A DNA stretch of 64,000 nucleotides from Macrostomum lignano (lineage: Eukaryota). The DNA lies in assembly GCA_002269645.1 (NCBI GenBank), contig NIVC01000232.1:319684-383683 (forward strand). The letters are read 5' to 3'. The position numbers and the translations under genes were made by a program. Shown piece after piece: positions 62,612 through 64,000 of the stretch; within the stretch, counting starts at the first letter, position 1; each line of letters opens with the position of its first letter. Under the pieces are notes generated by a model. That model was not told the origin of the DNA, did not search any database, and saw only the letters and a list, made by a program, of their open reading frames with translations.

Positions 62612-63222
62612 TGAAGGGTGAGATTCTTGAGGTTTGTAGGGTGAGATTCTTGGGGTATGTAGGGTGAGATTCTTGGGGTTTGTAGGGTAAGAATGTAAGA
62701 TTCTCGGGGTTTGTAGGGTGAGATTCTTGAGGTTTGTAGGGTGAGATTCTTGAGGTTTGTAGGGTGAGATTCTTGGGGTATGTAGGGTGAGATTCTTGGG
62801 GTTTGTAGGGTAAGAATGTAAGATTCTCGGGGTTTGTAGGGTGAGATTCTTGAGGTTTGTAGGGTGAGATTCTTGGGGTATGTAGGGTGAGATTCTTGGG
62901 GTTTGTAGGGTAAGAATGTAAGATTCTCGGGGTTTGTAGGGTGAGATTCTTGAGGTTTGTAGGGTGAGATTATTGGGGTTTGTAGGGTGAAATTCTTGGG
63001 GTTTGTAGAGTGAGATTCTTGGGGTTTGTAGGGTGAGATTCTTGGGGTATGTAGGGTGAGATTCTTGGGGTTTGTAGGGTAAGAATGTAAGATTCTCTCG
63101 GGGTTTGTAGGGTGAAATTCTTGGGGTTTGTAGAGTGAAATTCTTAAGATTTGTAGGGTAAGATTCTTAGGGTTTGTAGGGTGAGATTCTGGGGACTTGT
63201 AGGGTGAGATTCTTGGGTATTA
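62612..63222. repeat. 23-bp minisatellite GTGAGATTCTTGGGGTTTGTAGG with higher-order repetition
   Basis: Seen directly; ends ~15 nt from the acceptor at 62597. Confidence 0.92.
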
Positions 63223-63611
63223 TGGTCGATACAGTACAAGCTTTTGGGTACAGAAAAATCAAGTCGCTCTAGACTTAAAAAGTACACTTTGTGAATAATG
63301 CAAAGACATTGTCAGGCGGGGGGAGACCGGACCTCTGCGCATACCCTAGGGAAATTTACAGCTAATGGGAAATCACCTCAGCTCGTACGCTCGCATATCT
63401 CAACAGTGCGCGCATGAATATTTAATCATAGTTAATTTTAGACTGGGAAACAATCTCTTAATGTACACTAATTTAAAATTATTTGCAGTCTAAATATAGT
63501 TTGTCTAAACATATCGCAATTGAACGTTAAATTTCTAAATGATTTTTTTGAAAATTTAATTCAGAAAAAGTAAGACACGCGATAATACAAAATTGCTTAC
63601 GTGTGAAGAGT

Positions 63612-64000
63612 GTGTGAGCACTGATAAGGGAGCCAGTGTGAGCACTGATAAGGGAGCCAGTGTGAGCACTGATAAGGGAGCCAGTGTGAGCACTGATAAG
63701 GGAGCCAGTGTGAGCACTGATAATTGAGCCAGTGTGATCACTGATAATTGAGCCAGTGTGAGCACTGATAAGGGAGCCAGTGTGAGCACTGATAAGGGAG
63801 CCAGTGTGAGCACTGATAAGGGAGCCATTGTGAGCACTGATAAGGGAGCCAGTGTGAGCACTGATAATTGAGCCAGTGTGAGCACTGATAATTGAGCCAG
63901 TGTGAGCACTGATAAGGGAGCCAGTGTGAGCACTGATAATTGAGCCAGTGTGAGCACTGATAAGGGAGCCAGTGTGAGCACTGATAAGGGAGCCAGTGTG
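63612..64000. repeat. 24-bp minisatellite GTGTGAGCACTGATAAGGGAGCCA, truncated by the window end
   Basis: Seen directly. Confidence 0.95.

Overview
This is intron-containing eukaryotic (metazoan) DNA, not prokaryotic. GC-rich exons sit among AT-rich spacers, and roughly 40% of the window (estimated by eye) is micro/minisatellite, mostly inside introns. That style suggests a free-living flatworm such as Macrostomum; this is inference only. Eight protein-coding genes could be modelled by hand with phase-consistent GT-AG junctions: sigma-class GST (-, intronless), Quiver/sleepless-type Ly6 three-finger protein (-, 2 exons), CCDC157 (+, 8 exons), NRY-type melatonin-receptor-like GPCR (+, 4 exons), an atypical Rho GTPase (-), SRP9 (-), hnRNP U/UL1-like (-, 8 exons) and the 3' part of TBC1D30 (-). 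Most long ORFs in the supplied track are translations of tandem repeats and are not genes. The most notable non-gene features are: (1) three perfect heat-shock elements with TATA/GC/CCAAT boxes but no chaperone gene nearby, upstream of an apparently spliced transcript with no clear ORF; (2) three non-autonomous DNA transposons, each defined by TIRs and an 8-bp TSD; (3) an inverted pair of tRNA-headed SINE-like elements in hnRNP U intron 1, one interrupted by a MITE; (4) a Rho lacking both the insert helix and the CAAX box; (5) exons sandwiched between sibling satellite arrays, and enrichment of GANTC in satellite units. No database searches were run; family calls come from recalled motifs.
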